Source of the DNA: Camelus dromedarius
Lineage: Eukaryota
Direction of reading: 5' to 3'
Length of the DNA: 64,000 nt
NCBI RefSeq assembly: GCF_036321535.1
Contig: NC_087436.1
Span: 106,456,001-106,520,000 of the forward strand
The number at the start of each line of letters is the position of its first letter. Position 1 is the stretch's first letter. The notes below the pieces were generated by a model, which worked only from the letters and a program-made list of their open reading frames with translations, searched no databases and had not been told where the DNA came from. Below, piece by piece: positions 12,528 through 24,946 of the stretch. Made by a program: the position numbers and the translations under genes.

Positions 12528-15500
12528 AAGATGATGGGCATATACACCGGAGATGTTTATTGAGCACCTTCTTCAAGAATTCTCAGGCTGTCATTAACTC
12601 TTTCTTTTCTTCCTATTACAAGTGTAGAAAAATTCTGTCACAGGAATTCCACAGATAATAATCCAAAACTTTACATAGTGAAACATACAGGCTGAGAGAG
12701 GCTAAGTGACCTCTCGCACAGGCTGATCTCTGAGTAAACAGTACCTAAGGTACTGAAACTGATTAATGAATGATAAGAAGACCCCACTGTTTCCTTCTTA
12801 TTGACAATTTGAATAATGAGGAAGTAAGAATTCTCCTGGCCTAATTCGCATTAAGAGAGCTAAGATAATGAAGCTGTGATTAAATGGCTATTAAACTATT
12901 TTTATCAAACAGAGATCAAGCGAGTGTGAGAATCTGGGGATGCAAGGTCTAATTGCAATTCTACGAGATGTGGAAAAAATTACTCTCATAAGCAAGGCAT
13001 GGTCCTTCCATAACAGCCTGCACTGAAAAATCTTTGGGCAGCATCATGCAGTTTTCACTCTGTGTTTCTCCCTTCAGGTGTCAATAGCTCAGAGTCCCTC
13101 ATCTCTTCCTTAATTTAGTGGATTTATTCACTCTGTGCAGTTGGGTGAGTTCGATGCATTGTCCACCCACCATGTGTAACCGGTTGGAGGATCTTTTGCC
13201 AACCACTCACAAAGGAACGAGACCCAGATATTATATCCCGGATCCCGAATTTCAATCTTGGTGTGACTTGGGGGCACATGAAGGGGCAGATTCTGCCCCT
13301 CCAGCTGTCCCTTTTGGGCTGCATCACACCTAGTGCCGTTCACACAGGCACCCCACAGTCCCCGAGAGCAGTAATGAATCTTCCGGTTTTACCATCGTTC
13401 TGAACGATCATTTGTTAATGATATGACATGCCTCGGATGTGCTGCACATTCTGAATTGTGGGTTGTTAGTATACATGTGTGTGTATCATCTGTCACTGGT
13501 AATTCTTTGCACCTCGAGCGAGTTTTTGTAGATGTGCCTTCTTTATTCCTGGAGAGCCCTTAGGAGTGAAGTGTGACAGTCGCCAGACCTTTGTTTAGGT
13601 GGGAAGAATAGCTCCTTTGTGTAAGGGGAGGCCAGGGTTGAAACCCACCCTGGGAGACGCTGCTTAAGAGCCGCAGAGCTCAGGGTGGAAATGCCCGAGG
13701 GCCTGCCTCCTACCTTTCCTCTGCCTCTCAGCCCCCGGCTGCCAGGAGGAGATGCTGGTGTAACTGTAGATCCTTCCCGGTTGGTGATCGGCCCTCTCTT
13801 TTTCACCTCTCTGCTTTTCCCTTCTTAACTTGCATGGAGCTCTTAAGTATATTTTTATAAAAAGCAGTCATTTTGAACAACCAGAAAGCGGTATCAGAGC
13901 TCAGCCTTTGGAAGGGTATCTTGCAGTGTCACTCTCCTGACTAATGTGTTTCCCTACCCATCACCTGTGGACAGACACGTGTTAGCAGGCCAGTGTGCTT
14001 CATTTGCAGCGACTTTGATGTATTTGCTCTGTAAATTGGGACCCAAGCAATAATGGGAAGTGACATTAATTGTTTAACAGTGTTCTTTTTGTCACACGTG
14101 TTGCCTTCTCTGGGGTGTGGGATTGTTGAAACTCATGACAAATTCGTTGAAATGGCCAGAATGAGGGACAATGTCCACTCAGCTTTACATGTGGGAATAT
14201 CTGCTGAGCAACAAGACAAAAGTGTCATCAGTAAATATCAAACTTTTCCCCCAGTCTTCTATGATTAAAGAAAACAGAGAAGGTGAAATGAGAGACATTC
14301 TTTTCTTCCTCACTTTAAGAACAACTTTATTAAAACAAATGGTCTTGGAGAACCTCTCTGAGTATGTATACAAAGATGTCTTTATACATACAAAGATGAT
14401 AATGAAAAGGTTTAATAATTATTTCTGATGGACACTGACTGAAAATAATGATTAGCGTCCCACTGTTTCATACTGATTTAATACCAGCCTGCCCTCCCCA
14501 CATACCTCCCACCCCCCCACCCCCATACACACAATGCATCTTCCATCCCACAAGCCCTCCCCTCCCATTGTGGTTCCAGTTGAGAGGAGAATTTAAATGG
14601 TTGGTGGTTTAATCGGGTCTTGTAAATTAATTATGACATTATCAAGCTCCAATATTTCTGCCATTGTATTTGGTGTACATTCACCCAGGCTTATTAAAGA
14701 AATTGGAGAAAACTAGTTCATTTAAGTGTTCTTTGTCACTTCGACTTGATTGGAATTATGGTAGTTTGTTTACACAAGGGATAGAACTAAGGCGCTATTG
14801 TATTATGTGATTGAAAGCAAACAGAAGCTTGTAGTAGTGCTGGGAAGCCAAACACAAAATTTAAATCGGAGTAAACAAAATTACTCATTTATTGGTAAAC
14901 ATTCTTAACTATTTTCTTCTTGAGCTATTTTTGAACTTCGGTGAAATAAGGCTTTTGAAAACTGCGATGCCTGGAGAAACATCCAATTTACTGAAAGCAT
15001 GTGCTTGTATGTGTGCATGCGTGGTGCACTTGAGACATTTTCAGATTATTTTTATCTGGTAATAATATGGAGATATTTATATTAATGTAAATCTCATGAT
15101 TTTGAGATGATTTGAAATAATATATACTTCACATAAATGTAACTTTTATTCAGAACACTTTAATAGCCTGAATTTGGTTGTTGGTATGTGGGGCATTCTA
15201 AGTTAAAATAAAAAGGGAGAGATTGGAATCTTTGGATACCAGATTATGATCCTCTGCAGCAAATAAGGGTAAATTTCAGTTTCCTTATTATCAAGGTCGC
15301 ACGGACAGGGTCCAGAACACTTGAAGGGGAGAGGGGATGCTCAATAAAGCCTCATTATTGAATTGAGCAATTTGGATTTTAAAGAACTGGTCAGTTACGG
15401 CAGGAAGTGGTGCCATTTTGAAGTTAACATTTCACCCCTACCAATTAGGGTTGGCCTCCCTAGAGTCTAAAACCTCATAGAACTGTTTCTCCACTATGTG

Positions 15501-17366
15501 TGCCCAAAACCACTTGACTCACAATGTCAAGTCCACGGGCATTAGGAGGGTGGAAACAAATGTTAAAAATAAATATAAATATATTTATAAAAATAGGTAT
15601 AAAATAAAAATGAAGTCTACCATGAGTACAAATGGCCCTTCCTGGCTTCTTGAATCCCAACAAGAAAGAAGTTCTTAGTTTTACTCCTGGAGGGAGACTC
15701 ATCAGTAATGAGGGAAAACAATTTTTTTGTGAAAATAGAATGTATACGTGATAAAGGCCTGCCTAATTTCTCTAGCAATACAATTTGATTTTCTGATTAG
15801 CTGTCTTACACTTTGATGCTTGTAATTTTGTCAGGTCAATTAGCAGGAGTTCAGTGCTAGAGAGAAAGGAAGTGTGGGCACTGCTGGCTTCATTAGATGT
15901 CAGCAGCTTACGTGCATTTTGTAATAGAATCTGTGTGGGATAATTTAGCTGATATTCTTCATGTCATAGCATACCGAACGTAAAAAAAAAAAGACTTATG
16001 AAACAGGTCAGACTGGACAAACAATGTGAAGTGCTGAAAGAAGGAAAAGAGAGTAATCTATACAATGTATATTTTAGGCAAAAAAATACAGATCAATGGA
16101 TTCTTTGGCAAGTAATTAATGACTGTCTACACTGTGTGCCCACATTGGCATTGGTTGCTCAGGTGCATAAGAATATAGCACACTGCCCTACAGACAAGAT
16201 GTAAAAGCTCCAGTCTGGAAGATCCTGAAAGCATTTTTTTTTTTTTTTTACAGAGTACAGATAAATATTCTTTTCTATCATAAATTGTTTACAGGTTCTT
16301 CCCTTCCCTTGGAGGGCTCTCAGAGGGGCAGAATTTTGTCTTGTTTCTCTTTGTATCTCCAGCATCTAGCATGGCCCTGACATAGAGCAGGTGTTCAAAA
16401 ACGTTTGTGGAATGAATAACTGAAGATGAGCTTTCTGAGGATGTGTTGGTGGGAATGAGCATGGGAGGGGGGAAAATGAGTTCAACCATGTTTGCAAGAG
16501 CCCCCGTTAGAAGTAATGGCAACCCCAAGAAAGTAGCCCTGGTCACCATAAATGAATGCATGTAAGAGGTGTTACAAAGTAAGACTCCACTTAGTAACCG
16601 ACCAGGTAAAGAGGACTCAAGGTAGTTCCAGAGTTTAGGGTATGAAGAATTGTTATCCAAACCCAGAAAGTCAAGAGAAATAGCAGGTTTTTTTTTCATG
16701 AAATTTCCTAAGTTTGGATTTTGAGATAAGGAGCTATTAGCAGGTAGAAACATACAGTAGGCAGTTAGAGATTTATGACTGAAGTTGGGAGAGATGTCAG
16801 GATAGAAATAAATGACTGCAAAGTGTTCAGTGATGAGATTATAATTGAAACCATGAAAGTGTATAGTTTCTCTCAGTTTAGTTTCAGTTTCTGGTGGTGT
16901 TAAAACAGAGGGTTATCTAAACATTTCGGTGGGCATGCGGTACGAGAGGTTGAAACACTGTATCTGAAGATGCAGTAGATGATGGTTAAAATTCTCTCAA
17001 GCCCTGAGATTCTTTAAATCTTCTCTTTGAGTTAGGGAAACAAGACATAAATGTGTGGAAGACGACTATGAACAAGACAGGGTCATATTTAGCACTATTA
17101 ACACTGACACGATAAATGGCTAAATGGGACAGCTCAACCATCAGAGACTGGAAGAGATGAGGTATTAATTAATTGTGTGATTCAGACCAGAAGTAAATTT
17201 GGAATTTGAAGAAGACATGCTTTTCTGTGTTCTGGTGGGGGCGTTCCAAATTTCATGTATAGCTTACTCATTTGGTTAAACATGTTCAGTCGCTGCTGAT
17301 TAATAGTATTACTCATCTGCCCACGTCAACTCACTCATAACTTCTTCGGTTTTTCTGTTTTTGCAG

Positions 17367-17561
17367 AAGATAGATGAAGAGAATGAGGCAAACTTGCTAG
17401 CAGTCCTCACAGAGACACTGGACAGTCTCCCTGTGGATGAAGACGGATTGCCCTCATTTGATGCACTGACAGATGGAGATGTGACCACCGAGAATGAGGC
17501 TAGTCCTTCCTCCATGCCTGACGACACCCCTCCGCCTCAGGAGGCAGAAGAGCCGTCCCTA
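17367..17561 (+). CDS. PPARGC1A: PGC-1alpha exon 3 (aa 79-143, activation domain, L1 motif LLAVL)
   Basis: ttgcag|AAGATAGAT...TCCCTA|gtaaga; 195 nt; KIDEENEANLLAVLTETLDSLPVDEDGLPSF...EEPSL. Confidence 0.97.
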
Positions 17562-17585
17562 GTAAGAACCCTTCCTACTGTTTAG
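17562..17585 (+). CDS. PPARGC1A: Exon-3 extension (donor read-through) ending VRTLPTV*
   Basis: In-frame read-through GTAAGAACCCTTCCTACTGTTTAG; same tail as I recall for the human 3ext isoform; no expression evidence here. Confidence 0.55.
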   Translation, partial: VRTLPTV

Positions 17586-19250
17586 CAGGAATTGGAGTTG
17601 CCTCTGGCTACCCGCTGCATGGGTATGATGTAATAACAATAAGGTTCAGATTTTTCGTTTAGACTGACGCCAAAACAATCCCCAAGCACACTCAGCATTG
17701 CAAATTCTGTGATTCTGTGTTTAAAAATCTTGATAATACAGTCTTCATGTGGTCTCACTGCAGTTTTTTAAAACTATCTTCTGCTGTTAATGTGTATTTT
17801 TACATCTGAGTATTACTCATTTTCATGGTTAGGAACTTAGAAAATGTATACAATGAAAAAGAATAGATGAAAAATTCACCTGTAATTTCAAATAACCTCT
17901 AATATCAAAAGTGATGGAAATGTCCTCTTGTTTTAAAATAGATCATGAACATGTGTTTGTGAATTTTAAATGTTTGCATAATTTTTAATGGCCGCATGGT
18001 ATTTTATTGTTTGGAGATGAGCTAATTTATTAAGCAATCCTTTATGGTTGGGTATTTAGTCTTTTTTTTTCTATTTTTCACAATCATAAATTGTATAATA
18101 ATTGACATACTTATAGTTTTATTCTCATGCATATTATTTTAGAAATAGAAGGTAGATCAAAGAGTATGCAATATTTTAAGGCTTTGGATCCATAATTCTT
18201 AGGAAGATTGAAAAATAATAGCACATTTGCAACCTAAGTTACCTAAATTTATGGTAGGCAATGAAGAGTGGATTCGTTGGCAATGAAGAGTGAATTTTCT
18301 TTTCAATGCAGTGCTTGATCGGGATTTTATTAGTTCTAAGACACAGTTTACCTTCTCAGCTATGGTAGCTATTTGTCATTTGCTATAAATCTGATGTAAG
18401 AGCACACAATGTAAATTATGAGATGCCATCCTGAGAACTTTAATAATGCTCTCTGGCCTGCCAGTTAGATGTTATTTCTCTCTCATCTCTAAGTCTTTAA
18501 ATGTTAACAAGCATTTCACGTAAACCTATGGAGGCTTACTTGTATTCCTTTGCATTTTGAGATTGCTTGGCCTAGACGAGACTATCTCATAAGCAGCTGT
18601 AACATCCGTATTTCCCGATTTGTCCATGTGTCAGTGTCATTGGCTTTGCTGGCAGGTATTCTGATGTCTTTACATTGATACCCAATGGTTTTCATCCACA
18701 CTGTTGTTTCAACTCAGAGGGGTTGTTGACTCAAAGTCATACTGCGTGTCCCAGCAGGGAGATCCGGGAAGGCCATCAGGTCAAAAGAAGAGACAGAGGT
18801 CAAGACAGAGTAAATGCTTTGCCTGAGTCAGAACCCACATCTCCTGATCCACAGGCCAGGATTCTATCTACTTAAAAATGCTTTTCAGTGACAGCCACTC
18901 TTTTATCCCAAATATTCTTTGAATCAGTAGTGTTTAACACTTGATTGTGAAATACGATTCAAAGAATCACAGAATTTTTCATTTATTGTCACTTGATTCA
19001 TTTAGGTTGTTGAGAGGATAATGTACACATACTCCCTCCCCACTCCCAAGTCCTCATTTAGCAAAACCCCTTTTCTTACTTTGTAGATATTTGGAAATCT
19101 TTTTAGAAAGATCCTTTTGCCTTATTTTATCTAAAAGAAAAAAAAAAATTAAGTAGACACTACTAAGTCTCCAGCGTAGGAAAAGGTAACACTTTCACAG
19201 CTGGCAGTGTCATGCCAAACTTTTTCTTACTTTTAAAAAATAAGTTTCCT

Positions 19251-19363
19251 GAGAGGGAGGGTATAGCTCAAATGGTAGAGCGCATGACCAGCACGCAAGA
19301 AGTCCTGGGCTCAATCCCCAGTACGTCCATTTAAAAAAATCAAAAAACCAAAGAACTAATAAT
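19251..19363 (+). mobile_element. tRNA-derived SINE, Vic-1-like
   Basis: GGGAGGGTATAGCTCAAATGGTAGAGCGCATG...CCTGGGCTCAATCCCCAGTAC, A-rich tail, 16-bp TSD AAAAAATAARTTTCCT (19235-19250 and 19364-19379). Confidence 0.85.
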
Positions 19364-19538
19364 AAAAAATAAATTTCCTTTAGTGCTATTGTGTTAAGAT
19401 GTGCTATAATTAGAGTGATTGAATTCATTTTTGTAATGAGAATTAATTAATTTTAAGCTTAAAATTTCAATACCTTATTCCGTTGCTTAAAAGATGCATA
19501 ACTTCTTTTGCTTTTCTTCTTCCCTGATGTGTTTCTAG

Positions 19539-19661
19539 CTTAAGAAGCTCTTACTGGCACCAGCCAACACTCAGCTAAGTTATAATGAGTGCAGTGGTCT
19601 CAGTACCCAGAACCATGCAAACCATAATCACAGGATCAGAACAAACCCTGCAGTTGTTAAG
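19539..19661 (+). CDS. PPARGC1A: PGC-1alpha exon 4 (LKKLL nuclear-receptor box, AMPK site T178)
   Basis: ttctag|CTTAAGAAGCTCTTA...GTTAAG|gtacag; 123 nt; LKKLLLAPANTQLSYNECSGLSTQNHANHNHRIRTNPAVVK. Confidence 0.97.
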
Positions 19662-20539
19662 GTACAGATGTAACATTTCTTTTTCATACAGGAGGGGAAG
19701 TAACAAGGAGTTTTTGCTTAAAGCTATGAAACAAACAATAGGTTTCTATATATTAATTCAGCTGGGATCCTGCAGGGGCTTCCTAACAGTGAAACAGATT
19801 ATGAAATGGGTTTCCAAAGCGGTACTCCAGCTATTTAAAGCTAGGAAGAGTTCGTCTCCGCTTTGTCTTTGGACCACTGAAATGCGAGTTTCACTGTCTG
19901 TTACGTTCTGCCTACTTTATTAATACATGCAGCAGTGTGGGCTACAGTAAAATTTGCTGATAGGCTGGTATCATCTATGAGTGACTTTAAGATGCAGCAT
20001 TGCCATTTTGCCAGCTGTCTAACCTGAGAAAGATTGCTCTGGAATCACTGCAAAAGATCTATCTCTGCCATTAATTGGATGGAATGCTGGCAATGACATA
20101 ATTCGGTTAGCGGGCTGTATTAAACAATGTTTGTCTTGCCATTCACTGTGAGTGAAAACGCAGCGTTAAGGGGTACTTAAGAGAATTGTGAATACTGGGC
20201 TCTGGCAATCAGTGGCAAATTAAGGTTTAAACCGGCTTCTTCTTCTTCTTCTTTTTTTTTATTCACAGTAAAGGCGCTGTAGGGTCTTGTTAGTTACATG
20301 TTGCTGAGTAGGAACATTGAAATGTAGGAGAAATGAAATAAAAAGCTGCATAAATGTCATTTAGGAATTTTAAATGTAATTTTCTTTCCTTGTTCTGCAA
20401 ACAATTATTCACAGCTCATAGATCTAGTACACTTAGACTGAACACTTCATTGAAAGTCTCATCTCTTCAGAAAACCTATATCCATTCTGATAAGGTTCAG
20501 TTCACTAATTTTAGCTTTTCTTTATGCCTTGTTTTTAAG

Positions 20540-20744
20540 ACCGAGAATTCATGGAGCAATAAAGCGAAGAGCATTTGTCAACAGCAAAAGCCACAAAGAC
20601 GTCCCTGCTCGGAGCTTCTCAAGTATCTGACCACAAATGATGACCCTCCTCACACCAAACCCACAGAGACCAGGAACAGCAGCAGAGACAAATGCACCTC
20701 CAGAAAGAAGGCCCACACACAAGCGCAGTCTCACCACTTACAAG
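20540..20744 (+). CDS. PPARGC1A: PGC-1alpha exon 5 (L3 motif LLKYL)
   Basis: tttaag|ACCGAGAAT...CAAG|gtaggc; 205 nt; TENSWSNKAKSICQQQKPQRRPCSELLKYL... Confidence 0.97.
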
Positions 20745-23700
20745 GTAGGCTGGGGACCAAAACGCACGCTGCCGGCGAGGGCGCTGACGGCAAAGTGAGC
20801 ATGCGCGGGGCTGAGCACGGGAACTTTGGGCTTCTGTTCCATCCGTGTCTCTCTTAAAAGAGAATTCAGCACTTTATTTAGCTGGGGGTAAAAAATATCC
20901 TTTCTGAGGCACAACTTGAACAGATCCTATTCAGCTGATGTGCAGCCTAATTCACTATCACCAAAAGGCACCTGAACTGTTTTAGCCGGGTCGGGAGTGA
21001 GGTGGGGAGGATGGAACTGACACATCAGATGTGATGGAAACGAATCTTTGAATTGCTGATATAACTGAAGTTTTGAACAAGCTGGTCTAGCCAGTTCATG
21101 AAAGAGCTTTATTTTTTTCCCTCCCACTAATGAGGAAAAAAAACGAGGCACAGTAGATTTGCTGTATATCCCTTAAGAAATAGTAAATAGTATTTATGCA
21201 ACCCTTCCCAATTATTATGTGCATTCTTCTTTTTTTAGACCAAATGGTATACTCACAAGTTTTACTTTGTAAGTAAGGATTTTGAAATTGCTGGCTATTT
21301 AAAAAAACTGCTTTCTATTTTTAAAAAAAGTATTGCTTATATTACACTAAACATCTGGGTTGATTTTATTGCCCCCATACATTACTAGAAGGTTGATGCT
21401 TCAGAGGCAGATCAGGGTGATATGGGGAAAACCTCTCCTGGCAAAAATGAAAATTTTTTTTTTTTTTTTTTTTTCTTTTGGCATCTGAAATATTCCGGTC
21501 ATAGAGGCCCGAAGAGAGCTTGTTGAAAGTCGCTGTTGCTTTTAAAATATTTAACTTCCACCTTATCTCTACCTCTAACTTTGTAGTGGAAATAAACATA
21601 TTCTAAAATAGCAATTGTAAACATCCACCTCTTTTTTTTTTTTTTTTTTCCTTTTTTGTTTCCCCAATTCCCCTTCCAGCTGCAGTGGTAGCCCCTGATC
21701 CCTGTTTTGAACCATGATTATTTCGTGCAGGTATGCTGTTGCCGCTGCTTTTAATACGTCTTTTCTTTCCCAGGGTTTTGATTTTCCCTCTCTCATCCCT
21801 ACCTCACCATAGGCCTGGGATTTTCATATTCCTTTAATATTTTTAATTAGGTCTCGATTAGGTTTTCCCCAGTGGATATCACCGTCCACCCTTTTCTGCC
21901 AGTTCAAGGAAATGTATTTATCGAAATGGGCCAGATTCTCTCCGTTTGCTTCGCCCTGATTGGCCTCTCAGACGCATGCGCTGGAGCAGTTTTCTTAGCG
22001 CAGACCCAGCGGAGCCGCAGGACTGAGACAGAGAACTGTAGAGCTCGCTGGCTGCCCTCCGCCTCGCCCTAGTCATGAGCTCATTTTCTGGAGCTAAAAG
22101 CCCCAAACTTGTTGAAACCCTGTAGTCAGTGAACCCAGCCCAGCAGCACGTTTTAAAGATTTTTTTTTCTTCCAATTTTAGTTGGTCCTTTTGGATTTTG
22201 AGGGGTTTTTAATTTTGTAAATCCACGTGTCACTGAATATTACTGTACAGTGTTACAAACCATGGCAGTGAGGAATTAAGTTAGCCTGTGAAGGACATAT
22301 TCTTTAGATGAGCCCTGCTGTATGTAGGTTTTTTTTTTTTTTTAAGGTATGTTGTCTGTGGTGAGGCATCAGAAGCTATCCCAGAAAAGAACAAACCTTG
22401 TTGACAAGAAAAAAAATTCTTGTAGTTCCTGAATGTCTAAAAAAGAATAAACATGTAAACATGGCTGACTGTCAATAACTAACAGGAAATAAATGCTGAG
22501 TTTCAGGGATTATTTAAATGATTATTCAATTTTAATGCCAAAAATATGTGAACAATTAGAGACCATAACTGTGAGGATTTACTGAGGTTGTCTTACTTAA
22601 TGTATTGTAATTTTTTCACACTGTGAAAAATTCATGTGTGCTCTCTGTAACACTGTGGGGACAAGTTCTTTTCAACTCCCTAGGGTAATGGTCTGGACTT
22701 TGGTGATAGTGGGTGTCCCATTTATTCATTTATCATTCGCTTGCTAATATATTCGTTCATCAAAATACCACGATCTTCATGAAAAAGATACATCTCTGTC
22801 CGCAAGGATCTTAGCGTCTCTGGTCCACTAGTCGCTGGAATAGCGTGGAGTAAACCACATCAGTGCTCCTCTAATGGTAGTTTTTGTGAGCATGGGCTTT
22901 TGAAGCTGTATCTTTCTTGTGGCCCCCATTTTCTGTTTTCCTGTTGGTATTTTGTCCCATTAAATCTGACCCCTGCCTGTTCCTCTCCTTCTATTGCCAT
23001 GGGCCTCCCTTGTACCCAACTATCAGAACTTCTGGAATCTTCCTTTAAGCGTTCTACCCTCTGCTTGCAACCTGGAATTTCAGTGACTGATTTTCAGTGT
23101 ACGTTATTGGATGACAGAGCACATAATTTATATCTGTGATATTTTCTATTGCACCTGTATGCACTATTTTAATTATTAGTTGGGTACCATAAAAGTTGGT
23201 AAAGTTCCTTCATAAGTGTGAAGTGTGTTCTTTTTGAAAAGCTCATTATACCAGAAATACTACAAAATTAATGTCAAACCAGTTCATTTATCTGTATTTA
23301 TGAAAAAGCCAATCAATCAATGTACCTCATTTGTACAAGACAGCATGAGTTTCATATTTCTGGATGATAAACCATTCAATTGTTTAAAAACTAAATCTAA
23401 ATCTACAAATTAAATATGTAAATACTATTTATCGGAGTAAAGTACCTAATTCCAACCTAATTTGGACATAAATAATATTTTCACATTTCAAAGGACCTTA
23501 ATTACTCAGGTTGATTAATTTGCTGTAGTAGCTACTGAATGCAATTCCTTTTGATAATAGGAGAAAGAAAACATATTCTGGGCCCGACTCTGCCGGTAGC
23601 TAGTTTTATGGCCTTGGAAATATCAGTTAGCATCTTAGGTCTCAGGTTTTTCATCCATAAAATAAGAGAGTTTATTCTAAAGACCTTTTTGGTTTCAAGT

Positions 23701-23814
23701 CTGTGATTTTCATTACGTAAACGACTACCTCTTGACTTTTTGAAAGTAGTTATTTTAATGAGAAAAAAATTGACAAAACCTACACACATTATAAATATGT
23801 CTTTGTAGATAAGC

Positions 23815-23816
<2 letters not shown>

Positions 23817-23859
<43 letters not shown>

Positions 23860-23946
23860 GTATGTGGATGTATATCCCAAGTACGTTTCTATATATATAT
23901 ATATATATACACATAGTTTGTGGATGTATATCCCAAGTACGTTTCT
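23817..23946. repeat. (TA)n microsatellite with a tandem duplication of the adjacent 35-bp unique sequence
   Basis: CATAGTWTGTGGATGTATATCCCAAGTACGTTTCT at 23856-23890 and 23912-23946. Confidence 0.93.
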
Positions 23947-24717
23947 CATCATGTTTTCCCCTCCTTCTGTTCAAAATACAAGACTGCCAAGGAGAAGCAA
24001 TTGAAATTTTGGAGTGAGAAGAAGATTCTTACTCCACCCTTCATAATTGGGAAATGCCTCCTGTTGGAGGTAAGATTTAGGAAGCATAAAAGAAAGTAGA
24101 TGTGCTCTCTCTGCAAGTTTGTAGGTCTCTCGGCTGATAAACAGCATCTCTAGCTGTCTATTGGACTTGGGAATCTGAACCCCTTTTAAACTGTGTGGGT
24201 CAGTGTCCGCAATTTGCCATAATCTCTCAATTAATTTTCAGTGAATAGAATGGTTACTGAGTGAGCTTTGGCCTCACAGAAATAACTGATTCTCAGGGCT
24301 AGACATCAAATTATACGTTTTAAGAGAAAAATCAACTGAATATTCATAACGTTCTGTCGTCTTGTAGTTACTCTGCTGTTTTCTTGTCTAAACAAACCGT
24401 GTACTCTATTCCAAATTAAAACAGAAAACATTATTTCTCTCTGATGATCTGATGCAAATTTTGTATCCTTAACAGGGATGCTACATTTGGGGGAAAATTC
24501 TGTTTTCGTCTGTGTTTTCAAATGATAGTTTACCAATGCAAATGTTGTTTGAAATTTGTTTTAGCATAATGGACTGTTGTCTGACTTTGATCCAATATTC
24601 AGGGATTTCCTTATTTTAGTTTTCCAGTTTCCAGTTTCCACCATGACTGTTGTAGAAAGAAAACAAATCTGAGAAACACTCAATATCTCATAATTAGTTT
24701 CCTTTTTTTCCCTTTAG

Positions 24718-24763
24718 CCAAACCAACAACTTTATCTCTTCCTCTGACCCCAGAGTCACCAAA
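24718..24763 (+). CDS. PPARGC1A: PGC-1alpha exon 6 (T263/S266 proline-directed sites)
   Basis: ctttag|CCAAACC...CCAAA|gtaagt; 46 nt; AKPTTLSLPLTPESPN. Confidence 0.96.
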
Positions 24764-24841
24764 GTAAGTATTAAGAAATGTAACCATTTTCAGAAAGGGA
24801 AGGGGGTTCTAATACATTTGGCTACAGCAACTCCATTTCAG

Positions 24842-24872
24842 TTTGTTTTTATAAATGTGCCATATCTTCCAG
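24842..24872 (+). CDS. PPARGC1A: NT-PGC-1alpha alternative acceptor: 31-nt 5' extension of exon 7 with stop TAA at 24852-24854
   Basis: tttcag|TTTGTTTTTATAAATGTGCCATATCTTCCAG is exactly 31 nt; joined to exon 6 it reads N-L-F-L-stop, the known NT-PGC-1alpha/alpha4 C-terminus. Confidence 0.88.
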
Positions 24873-24946
24873 TGACCCCAAGGGTTCCCCATTTGAGAAC
24901 AAGACTATTGAACGAACCTTAAGTGTGGAACTCTCTGGAACTGCAG
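24873..24946 (+). CDS. PPARGC1A: PGC-1alpha exon 7
   Basis: ttccag|TGACCCC...GCAG|gtaagc; 74 nt; DPKGSPFENKTIERTLSVELSGTA. Confidence 0.96.

Noticed and set aside
18257..18296. Direct repeat GGCAATGAAGAGTG, two copies
   Set aside because: Only two copies with a 22-nt period; an ordinary slippage duplication, not an array.
19251..19325. tRNA gene
   Set aside because: The A/B-box-like head belongs to a SINE with an A-tail and TSD; there is no complete cloverleaf.
20745..20857. Exon 5 read-through ORF (GRLGTKTHAAG...)
   Set aside because: The open frame is explained by local GC richness; I know of no matching isoform and see no other support.
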